DNA of 64,000 bases from Octopus sinensis (taxonomy: Eukaryota), in NCBI RefSeq assembly GCF_006345805.1, contig NC_042998.1, positions 171,244,001 to 171,308,000 of the forward strand, in the 5' to 3' direction. Position numbers and translations under genes: made by a program. The notes under the pieces were generated by a model. It saw only the letters and a program-made list of their open reading frames with translations. It was not told where the DNA came from and did no database searches. Numbering within the stretch: position 1 is the first letter of the stretch; the number at the start of each line of letters is the position of its first letter. Positions 1-12,625 of the stretch are shown piece by piece.

Positions 1-179
1 GAAAAGTAAAGAGTAAAACAATAAAGAATTATATATATGTATGCATATATCTGTATGTATATTTGTATGTATGTATATATATGTATATATTTTTATCTAT
101 GTATACTTTGATAGGTTTCGGCCATTATTGGCCCAGGCCATGTCTAACTTAATAGCACCACCTGGTGAAGTCTTTCAAG

Positions 180-1202
180 TCAGAATTTGGGCACTATGGC
201 CCACTCAAGTAGAGAGTTATTGTTTACAGAGACATATCCGGGTGTAGGGGGTTTATCCGGGATTTCTTGAAGGAATCTGTCCAAAGACTTCTTGAACCCT
301 ATAGGGTCAGTTTCTGTTTTAATGTGTTTTGGTGTAATGTTAAAGAGAGCGGGGCCAATTGAGGTGAAATAATTGTGCCGTATTGTTGTTATGAGATGAG
401 AGTGCGATTTTTGTTTGGGGGATGGCACGGGGCCCAAGCCTGGATGTACCCTAAAGGTGATGCCAACATCATTTGAGCAATGCTGATGGAATATTTTCCA
501 CATCATGCAGATGATGTAGCGCTCACGACGACGTTGGAGAGAATAAAGTTTTAGCTTTTCTAGTCGACCCCAATAGTCGAGGCCTGTCATGCCATCTATC
601 TTTTTTGTGATTGCCCTTTGAGGTGCTTCAACTTTTATGATACCTTGTATTGTGTGGGGAGACCACAGTGGACAACAGTATTCAAGGTGGGGTCGGGCAA
701 AAGTGGAGAAGAGAAGGATAATGGTGTGGATATCTCTCGACTGGAAAGTTCTGAGAATCCAGGAACACATTCTGCGAGCCATGTCAACTTTGGTGCTTAT
801 ATGAGTGGCCCAGCTTATGTTGTTGTCCACAATTACTCCCAAGTCTCTGATGTTGTTGGACGCCGCGAGAGTTTCACCTGAAGGAAGGGAGTATGGGAGT
901 TTCAGGGCATCCTCTTTTCCAAAGTGGATTAACTCAAATTTATCCTCGTTCAGCAGCATATTGTTTTTTTCTGCCCATTGGATAACAGCCAGTAGATCTG
1001 ACTGAAGGCATGTCCGGTCAATCGCCTCATTTATGACCTTCTGTAGCTTGGAATCATCTGCAAAAATTTTTATGTTGCTGTGCTTGATGATGTCATTAAT
1101 GTCATTAATGTAAATGATGAAAAGAAGTGGGCCCAGCACAGTGCCTTGCGGAACGCCACTACTGACTTTGGCTGGGCTTGATTTTACCCCTTCAACTGCA
1201 AC
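180..1202 (-). mobile_element. 5'-truncated CR1/L2-group non-LTR retrotransposon, RT and C-terminal part of ORF2
   Basis: About 340 uninterrupted codons with RT motifs [32 protein letters not shown] and a stop at 180. The upstream part of the called 549-aa ORF is microsatellite. Both ends abut TA-rich microsatellite. Confidence 0.9.
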
Positions 1203-1674
1203 ATATATGTGTATATATATATATATGTGTGTGTATATATATATATGTGTGTATATATATGTATATATGTATGTATATGTATACAGGTATATGCTTGTAT
1301 GTATATGTATATATACGTTTATATGTATATATGTATAATACATGTATATATGTATATATACGTATATATATGTATATATATTTATTATATATATATATGT
1401 ATATATATATATATGTATCGATATATATATGTGTGGTATATATATTATACATATGTATATATATATATATATATGTATGTATATATATGTATATATATAT
1501 ATGTATCTATGTATATGTATATATAATATATATATATGATATATATGGGTACATATGTATATTAATGTATATATATATATATATATATATTGTATATATA
1601 CATATATATATGTATATATTGTATATATATGTATATGTATATATATGTATATGTATATATATGTATATAATATA

Positions 1675-1721
<47 letters not shown>

Positions 1722-1737
1722 ATATATATATATATAT
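1203..1737. repeat. Compound (TA)n/(TATG)n microsatellite
   Basis: Directly visible. Confidence 0.97.
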
Positions 1738-1995
1738 GTGGAGGCGCAATGGCCCAGTGGAATCGCAGTCGGAGGATCGCAGTTTCGTTTTCCAGACCGG
1801 ACGTTGTGTGTGTTTATTGAGGGAAACACCTAAAGCTCCACAAGGTTCCGGCAGGGGGTGTTGGCGACCCCTGTTGCACTCTTTCGCCCCAACTTTCTCT
1901 CACTCATTCTTCCTGTTACGTATTATCTGGATTGGCCACAGAAACCGGGAAACCGGGCCCATGAGCCTGGTTAGGCTTGAAAAGGGCGCAAAAAA
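1738..1995 (+). mobile_element. tRNA-derived SINE (family 1, head GTGGAGGCGCAATGGCCCAGTGG)
   Basis: A-box-like TGGCCCAGTGG and a degenerate B-box. The same head and body occur at 16084-16258 (-). Ends in an A-run. Confidence 0.8.
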
Positions 1996-2487
1996 TGTAT
2001 ATATATAGGTATATATACATATAGGTATATATATGTATATATATATATATATGCATATATATGTATATATATATATACGTATTTGTATGTATATATATAT
2101 ACGTATATATATGTATATATCTATATATATATACATATATGTATATGTATATATGTATATATGTATATGTATATATGTATATGTATATATATGTATATAT
2201 ATACATATATATATACATACATATATACATATATATATATATAAATATATATACATATATATATATACATATATATACATATATATATATACATGTATAT
2301 GTATATATGTAAATATATATATACGTATATATATGTATATATATATGTATATGTATATATATGTATATATGTACATATATATATATATGCATATATATGC
2401 AGATATATATGTGTATATATATATATATATGTATATATATATAAGTACATATAAATGTATGTATATGTATATATATATATGTATAAT
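1996..2487. repeat. Compound (TA)n/(TATG)n/(CATA)n microsatellite
   Basis: Directly visible. Confidence 0.97.
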
Positions 2488-2898
2488 AATAAGCAACAGG
2501 ATATCCTGTTGCTTATTTTGATTTTATTCACCTTATTTGAAACTTTATGGATAATTCTGCAGTAATTTTTGTTGCCTCAACTTAAATAACTAATACATCT
2601 GAATCTCAATTATTTTACTATATGTATGTATATATGTAAGTGTATACATAGTAATTTGAATATTGTGGGAAAACGAATTTCCAAATCAATCAGGTACAGT
2701 CCTTTAGCATTACATGCATCTGCATATCGTGCAATGGGGTCTTGATTAAAAAATATGTATTTATCTAGAAATATACAAAATACACAATAGAAATTAATAA
2801 GAATTCACCTTCCGATATACTCGTTATGTTATTTTTTGCATAATCTGAAATAGAATACCCACATATCTATTAATGCCAAAAATTGATTTAAGTTTATA

Positions 2899-3206
<308 letters not shown>

Positions 3207-3342
3207 GGGGAAAATAAGTTCAGATGAGAACACTTCAAAGTTTTTGAAACGTCCAAAAAAGAGAGAAAGAATAATTTCTAATAAAGATTCATCATATTCA
3301 TTAAAAAAAACACCCAGAGCAACTAATAAAAATATGAAAATA

Positions 3343-3936
3343 ATAGTTGAAAATATCTTTATAGTTATAAATATACCATAAACAATTATAGAAAAATGGA
3401 GGAGAAAAAGATGTTGAATCAAAATTAGATTTAATACAAAACAGGATTCAATACTTACGCGCATTTCAAAGGACAATACAAACATGTAAGAAAAAGATTA
3501 TAACCATAGTAATTATAATTAGATTTATGCATTGCCATTTTCATCAGTGTGAGTAATTTTTGTAAGGACATCAAAAAATAATATAAATTAAATTAAAATA
3601 AGATACAGTAAGGGAGAATACAAATGGGTAAGAGGGAAAACGTCGGATATTTACAAACAAGTTGTAAAAGGGAAAAAATAACGGTAATAATAATAGTAAG
3701 AGAAGCGAAAGAGAAAGAAAGCCAGACATATCAATGTGTATGCACGTCTATATGTGCGGTGAACTATAACAAAAATAAGAACAAAAATCTACCGGATGTG
3801 TTTAAAAAATGGTAATTGGTCGAGACGAAGTATAGTAAATAGTGCTACGTGTGTATAGTATAATATAACGTAACATGTGGATTAGTAGAAAAAAGACCAA
3901 AGAGAGTTATAGATATACATATTAATATTGAAAAGC

Positions 3937-4005
<69 letters not shown>

Positions 4006-4334
4006 CATACGAAGTTAAAAGTGATAGGCAAGACGATGCTTGAAAGAAGTTACAATATTTAAGTAAAAATGTACATACATGCAGAGAAAAAATCACTGAT
4101 GAAAATGACAAGGCATAAATTTGTCCACTGATGAAAACGAAAATGCATAAATCTACTTATAATTACTATGGTTATAATCTTTTTCTGGCAAATTTGTATT
4201 GTCCTTTGAAACGCGAATATGTATTGAATCCAGTTTTGTATCAAATCTAATTTTGATTGAACATATTTTTCTCCTCCATTTTTCTATAATGGTTTATGGC
4301 ATATTTATACCTATAACGATATTTTTTCAACTAT
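3343..4334. repeat. Diverged inverted repeat pair (3343-3549 vs 4094-4334), possibly Penelope pLTR-derived
   Basis: The reverse complement of 4094-4334 aligns to 3343-3549 along its length. The right arm has an internal duplication of the CACTGATGAAAA segment. Confidence 0.75.
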
Positions 4335-4788
4335 ATATATATATCTATGTGTAATATATATATATATTTATGCATGTGTGTGTGTGTGTGTGTATGTGTG
4401 TATATACATATAAGCGTACATACATATGTGTATATGTATATATGTTATATATATATATATATAATATATATATTATATATATATATTATATATATATATA
4501 TAATATATAATATATATAATATATAATATATATATATATATCTATATATGTGTGTGTGTGTATGGAAAAAAGTCAAGATAGAAAATGCTAAAATAATTCT
4601 ATAAAAAACATTTCAGAACCGGTTTCAGTCATTGACACATTTTCAACTGTAACAATCAAAGAATCTAATTTAGGAAAATTAACGGAAAAGTTTTTTTTTA
4701 AAAGAATATTTGTAGAGTGTTCAAATACAAGTGGCATTTTCCTTGTTTCTGCCTGTCTCTGTCTCTCTTGTTTACTCTTATATATATA

Positions 4789-5624
4789 CTAGCAGAATTG
4801 CCCGGCGTTGCTCGGGGCTGAATTACTTGAAAGTACTGTTAATGATTGCACTGAATGATGATGATTATTCAGGCAAATATTGATATAAGTTTACGCTGGG
4901 AGATAAGGACTTAACGATCAAACGTGTGCCATTGCATTGTTTTGGGGGAACCAAATTTCTGATGAGCATTATAGGGGCACCAACTTTAAGTTTGAGAATG
5001 TGTGGTTGTAGTCCGGGGTGCTCAAAGGAATTGAGTACCTCTATTGGATAGTTGATGACGTCCTCTGGGTCAGGAGTTGTATCGATAGACTGATATACAT
5101 AGACTTCCCCAGGAATGAGTTTTAGCATTTCATCATTAATATGGTGAACAGTTTTATTCCTCGGGGCCAGTATAGCCTTTTTGCAATCCAATCCATATTC
5201 TGATAATTAGCTTGTAGATCTTGGAACACTGCATCAGAAGGCGTCTTAACAATGGTACAAATGGAATCGATGGCAATATTACCATTTTCATCCCCTGGTA
5301 TTTTGCCTTCGCCAAGTGCAATGAGGGTGTGAGGAAGCTGCTGCTGATGTGATATTACGTCGCATATGAGCACGCATATTGGTGTGAAGTTTGAGAGTTA
5401 CTTCCCTTAATTTTAAAAAATGCATTAAAATGGGAAAAAATTATGGTAAATTATTTGTAAAATCGTAGACTCATCGTAGACGCGCGCTAATACCCAGAAG
5501 GGCTCGATATGAATCACGACTATAAGATACTCGGTTTTGGTTAAACTGCATCGCAAAATGTGGGAGTAGTTAGGAATCTAAATCGGAGTAGACAGACACA
5601 CAACCTTTCTTTTATATATAAAGA
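4789..5624 (-). mobile_element. Non-autonomous Helitron (A-type ends) with a PIF1 helicase relic
   Basis: Minus strand reads A|TCTTTATATATAAAAG at the 5' end and CCCGAGCAACGCCGGG hairpin...CTAG|T at the 3' end, i.e. an A^T insertion site. Internal helicase fragment present. Confidence 0.9.
4865..5330 (-). pseudogene. Helitron RepHel PIF1-like helicase fragment, frameshifted
   Basis: AILAPRN, YQSID, LKLKVGAPIMLIRNL, CNGTRLIV are PIF1/Helitron helicase motifs. Confidence 0.9.
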
Positions 5625-5625
5625 T

Positions 5626-7098
5626 TTTCGTCCTAAAAACTTTGTATGGAGTGAATGGTTACCTCTATGGAAATATATACACACACATTATACATACATG
5701 TGTGTATAGATGAATATATAAATACATTAAATATCTATATGCACTTTTGGACGATCTTTCTGCTTCTTAGAGATAACTTTAGATGTTATTTTCGTCCTAA
5801 AAACTTTGTGCGGAGTGAATGGTTACCTCTATGGAAATATATACACACACATTATACATACATGTGTGCATAGATGAATATAAATACATTTAAATATCTA
5901 TATACACTTTTGGGCGATCTTTCTGCTTCTTAGAGATAACTTTAGATGTTATTTTCGTCCTAAAAACTTTGTGCGGAGTGAATGGTTACCTCTATGGAAA
6001 TATATACACACACGTTATACATACATGTGTGCATAGATGAATATATAAATACATTAAATATCTATATACACTTTTGGGCGATCTTTCTGTTTCGTAGAGA
6101 TAACTTTAGATCTTATATTCGTCCTAAATAACTTTGTATGGAGTGAATGGTTACCTCTATGGAAATATTACACACACATTATACATACATGTGTGTATAG
6201 ATGAATATATAAATACATTTAAATTCTATATACACTTTTGGGCGATCTTTCTGTTTCTTAGAGATAACTTTAGATCTTATATTCGTCCTAAATAACTTTG
6301 TATGGAGTGAATGGTTACCTCTATGGAAATATATACACACACGTTATACATACATGTGTGCATAGATGAATATATAAATACATTTAAATATCTATATACA
6401 CTTTTGGGCGATCTTTCTGTTTCTTAGAGATAACTTTAGATCTTATATTCGTCCTAAAATACTTTGTATGGAGTGAATGGTTACCTCTATGGAAATATAT
6501 ACACACACATTATACATACATGTGTGTATAGATGAAAATATAAATACATTTAAATATCTATATACACTTTTGGGCGATCTTTCTGTTTCTTAGAGATAAC
6601 TTTAGATCTTATATTCGTCCTAAATAACTTTGTATGGAGTGAATGGTTACCTCTATGGAAATATATACACACACATTATACATACATGTGTGTATAGATG
6701 AAAATATAAATACATTTAAATATCTATATACACTTTTGGGCGATCTTTCTGTTTCTTAGAGATAACTTTAGATCTTATATTCGTCCTAAATAACTTTGTA
6801 TGGAGTGAATGGTTACCTCTATGGAAATATATACACACAGATTATACATACATGTGTGTGTCTATATACACTTTTGGACGACTGCTACTTAGAGATAACT
6901 TTAGATGTTATTTTCGTCCTAAAAAACTTTGTGCGGAGTGAATGGTTACCTCTATGGAAATATATACACACGTTATACATACATGTGTGTATAGATGAAT
7001 ATATAATACATTTAAATATCTATATACACTTTTGGGCGATCTTTCTGCTTCTTAGAGATAACTTTAGATGTTATATTCGTCCTAAATAACTTTGTATG
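5626..7098. repeat. Tandem satellite, about 9 units of 163-166 bp (one 133-bp deleted unit)
   Basis: Anchor CGTCCTAAA at 5629, 5793, 5956, 6120, 6284, 6450, 6616, 6782, 6915, 7078. Confidence 0.95.
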
Positions 7099-7322
7099 AA
7101 TTGAAAAAGTAACTGAATTGAAATTCTAAAAGAAAGGAATTTGTTTACATACATGTGTAAAATGGCAAATGTTTGTGCAGTTGTCCGATGGAACTGATGT
7201 ATTATAATGAATAGTCCTTCTTCTTGTGAATATTAATTTGATTAATATGAACTGAAAACCAGTGGTGTAGCATAGGTGATCTTCTAGCAAAAAGGATGAC
7301 CAGTCTGAATGGGTCGTCCCTG

Positions 7323-7455
7323 TCACACACACACACACACACCCACGTACCCTCACACCCACGCACACACACAACACACACACACACACACACACACACC
7401 ACACACAGACACACACACACAGACACACACGCACACACACACCACACACACACAC
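7323..7455. repeat. (CA)n microsatellite
   Basis: Directly visible. Confidence 0.95.
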
Positions 7456-7569
7456 GTTAGCTTACAATGTCTGTCAACAATTGACACTGTCGTATATATT
7501 AGCGTGTCTATGTGTCTAAAGAGGAAGTGGGAGTAATAGGCAGAGTAAAGGCTTCAAAGTGAAATGTTA

Positions 7570-8127
7570 AAATATTGAGTTTTCTCGAATTTTGTCTTAA
7601 TTGGGGGTGAAATTGAAAGAAATTTTGTATGGCATGAACCACTCGAATTTTGTCTTAATTGGGGGCGAAATTGAAAGAAATTTTGTATGGCATGAACCAA
7701 TGGAAGCTCTTTGAAAAATCATAGGTAAAGTCTAATTGAAGAAATTGTGTGAGGAGTAAATCATTATGTATTTATTTGTTTCTGTTTGCTGCTTTCTTTT
7801 TTTTTGAGTAGTGTTGTAAGGTAGACTTGCAAAGAGAAAGGAGAAATTAGGGTGATAGCGTCAGTGAAACGGTTCGCTCCGTTTGTGTGTGTTTGTGTAT
7901 GCGTGTGCTTTAACCCACACTAAGAAAAGCATTTGACATACACACCAGAATGTGAGTTTTCTGTAAATTTGCTTAATTGGAGTTGAAATTTGAAAAACTG
8001 GACCTGGCACGACCCGATGGATTCTACTCTTAAAAATGCTAGGTAAATTGTAATTGAAGAAATCCTATATTGTAGATTTCTATAAGTGACAAAGGAAGGC
8101 AGATAAAATCTGCCTTTTATAATAAGA
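7570..8127 (-). mobile_element. Helitron B-type 5' head module plus an older diverged copy with a 58-bp tandem duplication (7584-7699)
   Basis: Minus strand starts TCTTATTATAAAAGGCAGATTTTATCTGCC. Homologous to 9050-9294, 10950-11191, 12110-12347 and 13700-13958. Confidence 0.7.
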
Positions 8128-8520
8128 CTAGCAGTATCACCCGGCGTTGCTCGGGTTGTAAGGGAAATAACTATATAAGCATTTTAGAGAGTTATAGCCA
8201 AAAAATAGCAAAAAAATGCATTAAAAATTGAAAAAAAATTAAGGTAATTTTTTTTTAAATCGTTGACACATCGTAGATATTTTTAGAGAGTTACTTCCCT
8301 TATATAAAAGCGAAAAAAATGCATTAAAATGGAAAAATATGATGGTAAATTTTTTTAAAATCGTAGACTCATCGTAGACGCGCGCTAATACCCAGAAGGG
8401 CTCGATATGAATCACGACTATAAGATACCCGCTTTTGGTTAAACTGCACGGCAAAATGTGGGAGTAGTTACGAATGTAAATCGAAGGGGACAGACACACA
8501 ACTTCACTCTTATATAAAGA
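8128..8520 (-). mobile_element. Non-autonomous Helitron A module (393 bp)
   Basis: 5' A|TCTTTATATAAG, 3' hairpin plus CTAG, and an internal ~103-bp repeated module. Confidence 0.88.
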
Positions 8521-8843
8521 TGCTTTTTTTTTTCAGTCATAGAGTTAGATTTATGAAGGTCTTCAGTAGAAAATCCTTCGAATTCTGACTCGCTGCTTGA
8601 TATAATGAAATTCGTATCCATTTTTTGTCAGAATTACAATTTTGAAAACACAATAGGAACAAATTTCGGAAAAAAATCTCCCATAATTCACGGAATTAAA
8701 TTACACTTCGATTTTTGTACAAAACTGTATTTGAAGTGTTTACGAAGTATATACGTGTTTTCACGAATGTACTAAAGAGATTTACTCTGATATTCTCATT
8801 TAAATATGAATAGGTAAATTCGGGCGGTTTGGTAACGAAAGGG
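8521..8843 (-). mobile_element. piggyBac-like left end carried as cargo (second copy 11576-11898)
   Basis: Minus strand TAAA|CCCTTTCGTTACC resembles a TTAA|CCC piggyBac terminus. It is followed about 220 bp later by a short acidic ORF start MDTNFIISSSESEFEGFSTEDL. Confidence 0.45.
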
Positions 8844-9294
8844 TTTATATAAGTGTCGTTTGTTTATACATAAACACTGTTTCATAGTTTCAGTTTAGTC
8901 TTTCTCAAATCACTCTGTCGCTAATTTACTCTCTTCCAAGAACATTTTCACTCACTGTTATCTGTTAGCTTCCCATACATTTTACTCATGTATCTATCAG
9001 CGTGATAGACAGAAACAAATATTACATTTACTTTCATTTTATTCGTCGCACCTTGTGTGTGCGTTTGCGTGTGGTGTAAACCAGACTAAGAAAAGCATTT
9101 GACACACACACCAGAATGTGAGTTTTCTGTAAATTTTGCTTAATTGGAGTTTAAATTTTAAAAACTGGACTGGCATGACGCGATGCATTGTACTCTTAAA
9201 ACTGCTAGTAAATTGTAATTGAAGAAATCCTATATTGTAGATTTGTATAACTACCAAAGGGAGGCAGATAAAATCTGCCTTTTATAATAAGAGA
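8521..9294 (-). mobile_element. Helitron B head plus cargo (unit X, copy 1)
   Basis: Free 5' end A|TCTCTTATTATAAAAGG at 9294. Near-identical to 11576-12347. Confidence 0.75.
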
Positions 9295-9305
9295 TATATT
9301 ATATA

Positions 9306-9941
9306 CTAGCAGTATCGCCCGGCGTTGCTCGGTTGTAAGGGAAATAACTATATAAGCATTTTTAGAGAGTTATAGCCAAAAAAATAGCAAAAAATGCATT
9401 AAAAATGGAAAAATATGATGGTAAATTTTTTGAAAAATCGTTGACTCATCGTAGACATTTTTAGAGAGTTACTTCCCTTATATAATAGCGAAAAAATGCA
9501 TTAAAATGGAAAAAAAACGATGGTAAATTTTTTTTAAAATCGTAGACTCATGTAGACGCTTTCTTAGCCATTTCTGTTTTGGTGTCTTCAAGCCATGAAG
9601 TCGTTGTTCTAAAAGAACGCTGGTCTCCTTGACAACGCATTACGACGTTGATTTCCTTACACTCCCTTCCCCACAGGTGCAGGTGTGAGCGTGGACGCCA
9701 ACTCCGCCGCCATCGACACACGAAAAATTATGCATTAAAAATGGAATAAAAAATGATGTTAAATTATTTTTAAAATCGTAGACTCATCGTAGACGCGCGC
9801 TAATACTCAGACGGGCTCGATATGAATCACGACTATAAGCTACCCGAATTTGGTTAAACTGCACCGCAAAATGTGGGAGTAGTTTGGAATCTAAATCGAA
9901 GGGGACAGACACTCACACAACTACAGTTTTATATATATAGA
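9306..9941 (-). mobile_element. Helitron A module, longer variant with extra internal sequence (~9557-9720)
   Basis: CTAG at 9306-9309 with hairpin; 5' A|TCTATATATATAAAAC at 9941. Confidence 0.85.
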
Positions 9942-9984
9942 TATACATAGCGCAGTAGTGGTGAGATGTGACAGCAAAGAAAAG

Positions 9985-10393
9985 CATACATTCACTCTCT
10001 GCATGCAATTAGACTCGGAAAGTTCGTGAGGAACCCATTGACCCAATTTGCTGACTTTTCCGATAGCACACAGGTCTCACTGAATGGTTGAATGACCAAA
10101 TCCAAGCTTCTCTGCTAGTTCCTCAACAGTTACGATGAGATTTTGTTCCACCAGAGTTTTCAGGATGTCCTTGTCGAGTTCTACAGATCTTTCAGGATGA
10201 GGCAATCTTCTAGGCTGTTCCAATATAGCTTTGAAAAAAATAGCTGTTAAAATCGAAATGCACTCTTCAAAACTTGCACTATGAATAAGGACAAGATAAA
10301 ATACTACCTGCTTTTATAGCAAGTTAATATAAGTAGTTTATCCCATTCCCCTCTGACTTTTAGTTCAAGCTTTTGAAAAAACCGCATTATTAG
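9985..10393 (-). mobile_element. Mariner element 5' fragment, degraded
   Basis: Manual translation LVEQNLIVTVEELAEKLGFGHSTIQ*DLCAIGKVSKLGQWVPHELSESN contains the mariner WVPHEL motif. Confidence 0.85.
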
Positions 10394-10421
10394 ATATATA
10401 TACACATACATACATACAACA

Positions 10422-10453
<32 letters not shown>

Positions 10454-10675
10454 CCCACGCACTCTCTCTCTCACACACATGCACACATTTATATTCTGTT
10501 ATTCTTTTATATGTTTCAGCCTTGAGGTTGTGGCCATGCTGGATCATGTGTGTGTGTGTGTGTGTGTCTATCTGTCTGTCTGTCTGTATGTATATATGTA
10601 TATGTATGTGTGTGAACAATAATATTTTCAACAGATGTGTTGCAAATGTATCTGATTGTTCTCAAGCTTCAATAC

Positions 10676-10708
<33 letters not shown>

Positions 10709-10799
10709 ATGTATGTATGTATGTATGTGTGTATGTATGTATGGTGTGGTGTGTGTGTGTGTATGTATGTATGTATGTATGTATGTATGTATGAGTGTT

Positions 10800-11191
10800 C
10801 CTCAATCACTATCTCTGGCTATTTACTCTCTTCCAAGAACATTTTCACTCACACTTATGTGTTAGCTTCCCATACATTTTACTCATGTATCTATCAGCGT
10901 GATAGAGAGAAACAAATATTCATCTAGTTTCACTTTATTCGTTGCCCACTGTGTGTGTGCGTTTGCGTGTGGTGTAAACCAGACTAAGAAAAGCATTTGA
11001 CACACACACCAGAATGTGAGTTTTCTGTAATTTTGCTTAATTGGAGTTTAAATTTTAAAAACTGGACCTGGCATGACGCGATGCATTGTACTCTTAAAAT
11101 TGCTAGGTAAATTGTAATTGAAGAAATCCTATATTGTAGATTTGTATAACTCCCAAAGGGAGGCAGATAAAATCTGCCTTTTATAATAAGA
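10800..11191 (-). mobile_element. Helitron B head plus partial X cargo
   Basis: Homologous to ~8900-9292. Joined directly to the CTAG at 11192. Confidence 0.75.
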
Positions 11192-12347
11192 CTAGCAGTA
11201 TCGCCGCGTTGCTCGGTTGTAAGGGAAATAACTATATAAGCATTTTTAGAGAGTTATAGCCAAAAAAATAGCAAAAAATGCATTAAAAATTGAAAAAATT
11301 AAGGTAAATTTTTTTTAAAATCGTTGACACATCGTAGATATTTTTAGAGAGTTACTTCCCTTATATAAAAGCGAAAAAATGCATTAAAATGGAAAAATAT
11401 GATGGTAAATTTTTTTTAATCGTAGACTCATCGTAGACGCGCGCTAATACCCAGAAGGGCTCGATATGAATCACGACTATATACCCGCTTTTGGTTAAAT
11501 GCACGGCAAAATGTGGGAGTAATTACGAATGTAAATCGAAGGGGACAGACACACAACTTCACTCTTATATAAAGATGCTTTTTTTTTTCAGTCATAGAGT
11601 TAGATTTATGAAGGTCTTCAGTAGAAAATCCTTCGAATTCTGACTCGCTGCTTGATATAATGAAATTCGTATCCATTTTTTGTCAGAATTACAAATTTTG
11701 AAAACACAATAGGAACAAATTTCGGAAAAAAATCTCCCATAATTCACGGAATTAAATTACACTTCGATTTTTGTACAAAACTGTATTTGAAGTGTTTACG
11801 AAGTATAACGTGTTTTCACGAATGTACTAAAGAGATTTACTCTGATATTCTCATTTAAATATGAATAGGTAAATTCGGGCGGTTTGGTAACAAAAGGGTT
11901 TATATAAGTGTCGTCTGTTTATACATAAACACTGTTTCATAGTTTCAGTTTAGTCTTCCTCAAATCACTGTCGCTAATTTACTCTCTTCCAAGAACATTT
12001 TCACTCACTGTTATTTGTTAGCTTCCCATACATTTTACTCATGTATCTATCAGCGTGATAGAGAGAAACAAATATTACATTTACTTTCATTTTATTCGTT
12101 CCCACTGTGTGTGTGCGTTTGCGTGTGGTGTAAACCAGACTAAGAAAAGCATTTGACACACACACCAGAATGTGAGTTTTCTGTAAATTTTGCTTAATTG
12201 GAGTTAAAATTTTAAAAACTGGACCTGGCATGACGCGATGCATTGTACTCTTAAAACTGCTAGGTAAATTGTAATTGAAGAATCCTATATTGTAGATTTG
12301 TATAACTCCCAAAGGGAGGCAGATAAAATCTGCCTTTTATAATAAGA
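11192..12347 (-). mobile_element. Composite Helitron unit (B head + X cargo + A module), 1156 bp
   Basis: CTAG at 11192 and the next CTAG at 12348. Near-identical to 8128-9294. Confidence 0.85.
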
Positions 12348-12625
12348 CTAGCAGTATCGCCCGGCGTTGCTCGGGTTGTAAGGGAAATAACTATATAAGC
12401 ATTTTTAGAGAGTTATAGCCAAAAAGTAGCAAAAAATGCATTAAAAATTGAAAAAAAATTAAGGTAAATTTTTCTTTAAATCGTTGACACATAGTAGATA
12501 TTTTTAGAGAGTTACTTCCCTTATATAAAAGCGAAAAAAATGCATTAAAATGGAAAAATATGATGGTAATTTTTTTTTAAATCGTAGACTCATCGTAGAC
12601 GCGCGCTAATACCCAGAAGGGCTCG
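12348..12625 (-). mobile_element. Helitron A module 3' part; its 5' ~110 bp is replaced by satellite
   Basis: CTAG and hairpin at 12348. Homology stops at ...GGGCTCG (12625). Confidence 0.85.

Noticed and set aside
5626-7098. Regular arrays (also 12626-13341) as possible CRISPR
   Set aside because: Whole units repeat with no unique spacers, no cas genes, and the context is eukaryotic.
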